Positions 63,852 through 64,000 of a DNA stretch of 64,000 nt are shown here, one piece after another. Within the stretch, counting starts at the first letter, position 1. Each line of letters opens with the position of its first letter. The position numbers and the translations under genes are program-made. The stretch comes from Spirochaetia bacterium. Its GTDB lineage: Bacteria; Spirochaetota; Spirochaetia; SZUA-6; Bin103. Under the pieces are notes generated by a model. That model saw only the letters and a list, made by a program, of their open reading frames with translations, was not told the origin of the DNA and did no database searches. The stretch spans positions 3,232,001-3,296,000 of the forward strand of contig OZ241863.1 in NCBI GenBank assembly GCA_965203055.1, given 5' to 3'.

Positions 63852-64000
63852 CGCCCGCTCCAGGTTCCTGGCGCGATTGCAGCGTCGCGCCCTGATGGCC
63901 ATCTGCCGGCCGCGGAATTGCACCTTGGCGCGACTCAGCTCATCCAGGTTGATCCGCTTGCCGTGGATCAGAACCGGATAGCAGATCGTGTTGGCAGGAG
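63837..64000 (-). CDS. 3' end of an unidentified gene entering from the window edge
   Basis: Open frame ...PANTICYPVLIHGKRINLDELSRAKVQFRGRQMAIRARRCNRARNLERALTSV* with TAA at 63837-63839. Confidence 0.5.
   Translation of the reverse strand, partial: PANTICYPVLIHGKRINLDELSRAKVQFRGRQMAIRARRCNRARNLERALTSV

Overview
This is a GC-rich bacterial window with no rRNA, tRNA or CRISPR array that I can recognise. Housekeeping-type catabolic modules alternate with many small accessory islands. The catabolic modules are two carbohydrate ABC permease/SBP sets, sulfatases, SDR/AKR/ADH/FAD oxidoreductases, an RraA-type aldolase, a serine hydrolase and tautomerases. The accessory islands include a complete ISAs1 element whose transposase carries an N-terminal DUF4338-like domain, a complete IS256 inside a decayed gene, and HigBA. 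Defence-like loci include a PHP-ATPase (Ppl/TrlF-like) operon ending in an internally duplicated unknown protein, an EndoQ-UvrD fusion behind an ABC-ATPase/PIN pair, a GHKL-histidine kinase plus receiver pair, Fic, HNH, a DUF234 ATPase and a RelE-UvrD fusion. There are also relics of a type IIG RM gene and of a DarG-like macrodomain. The most unusual structure is a ~4 kb cassette (46060-50026) bracketed by ~70-bp imperfect inverted repeats. It carries an Rpn/YhgA-like nuclease with an internal small-protein start and a lipoprotein built from 14 phage-virion-type GSGYTSAPTV repeats, with an in-frame C15 tract suggesting phase variation. All family assignments come from motif recognition by eye, not from database searches. 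A host-associated lifestyle (for example a marine invertebrate symbiont) is only an inference from gene content.
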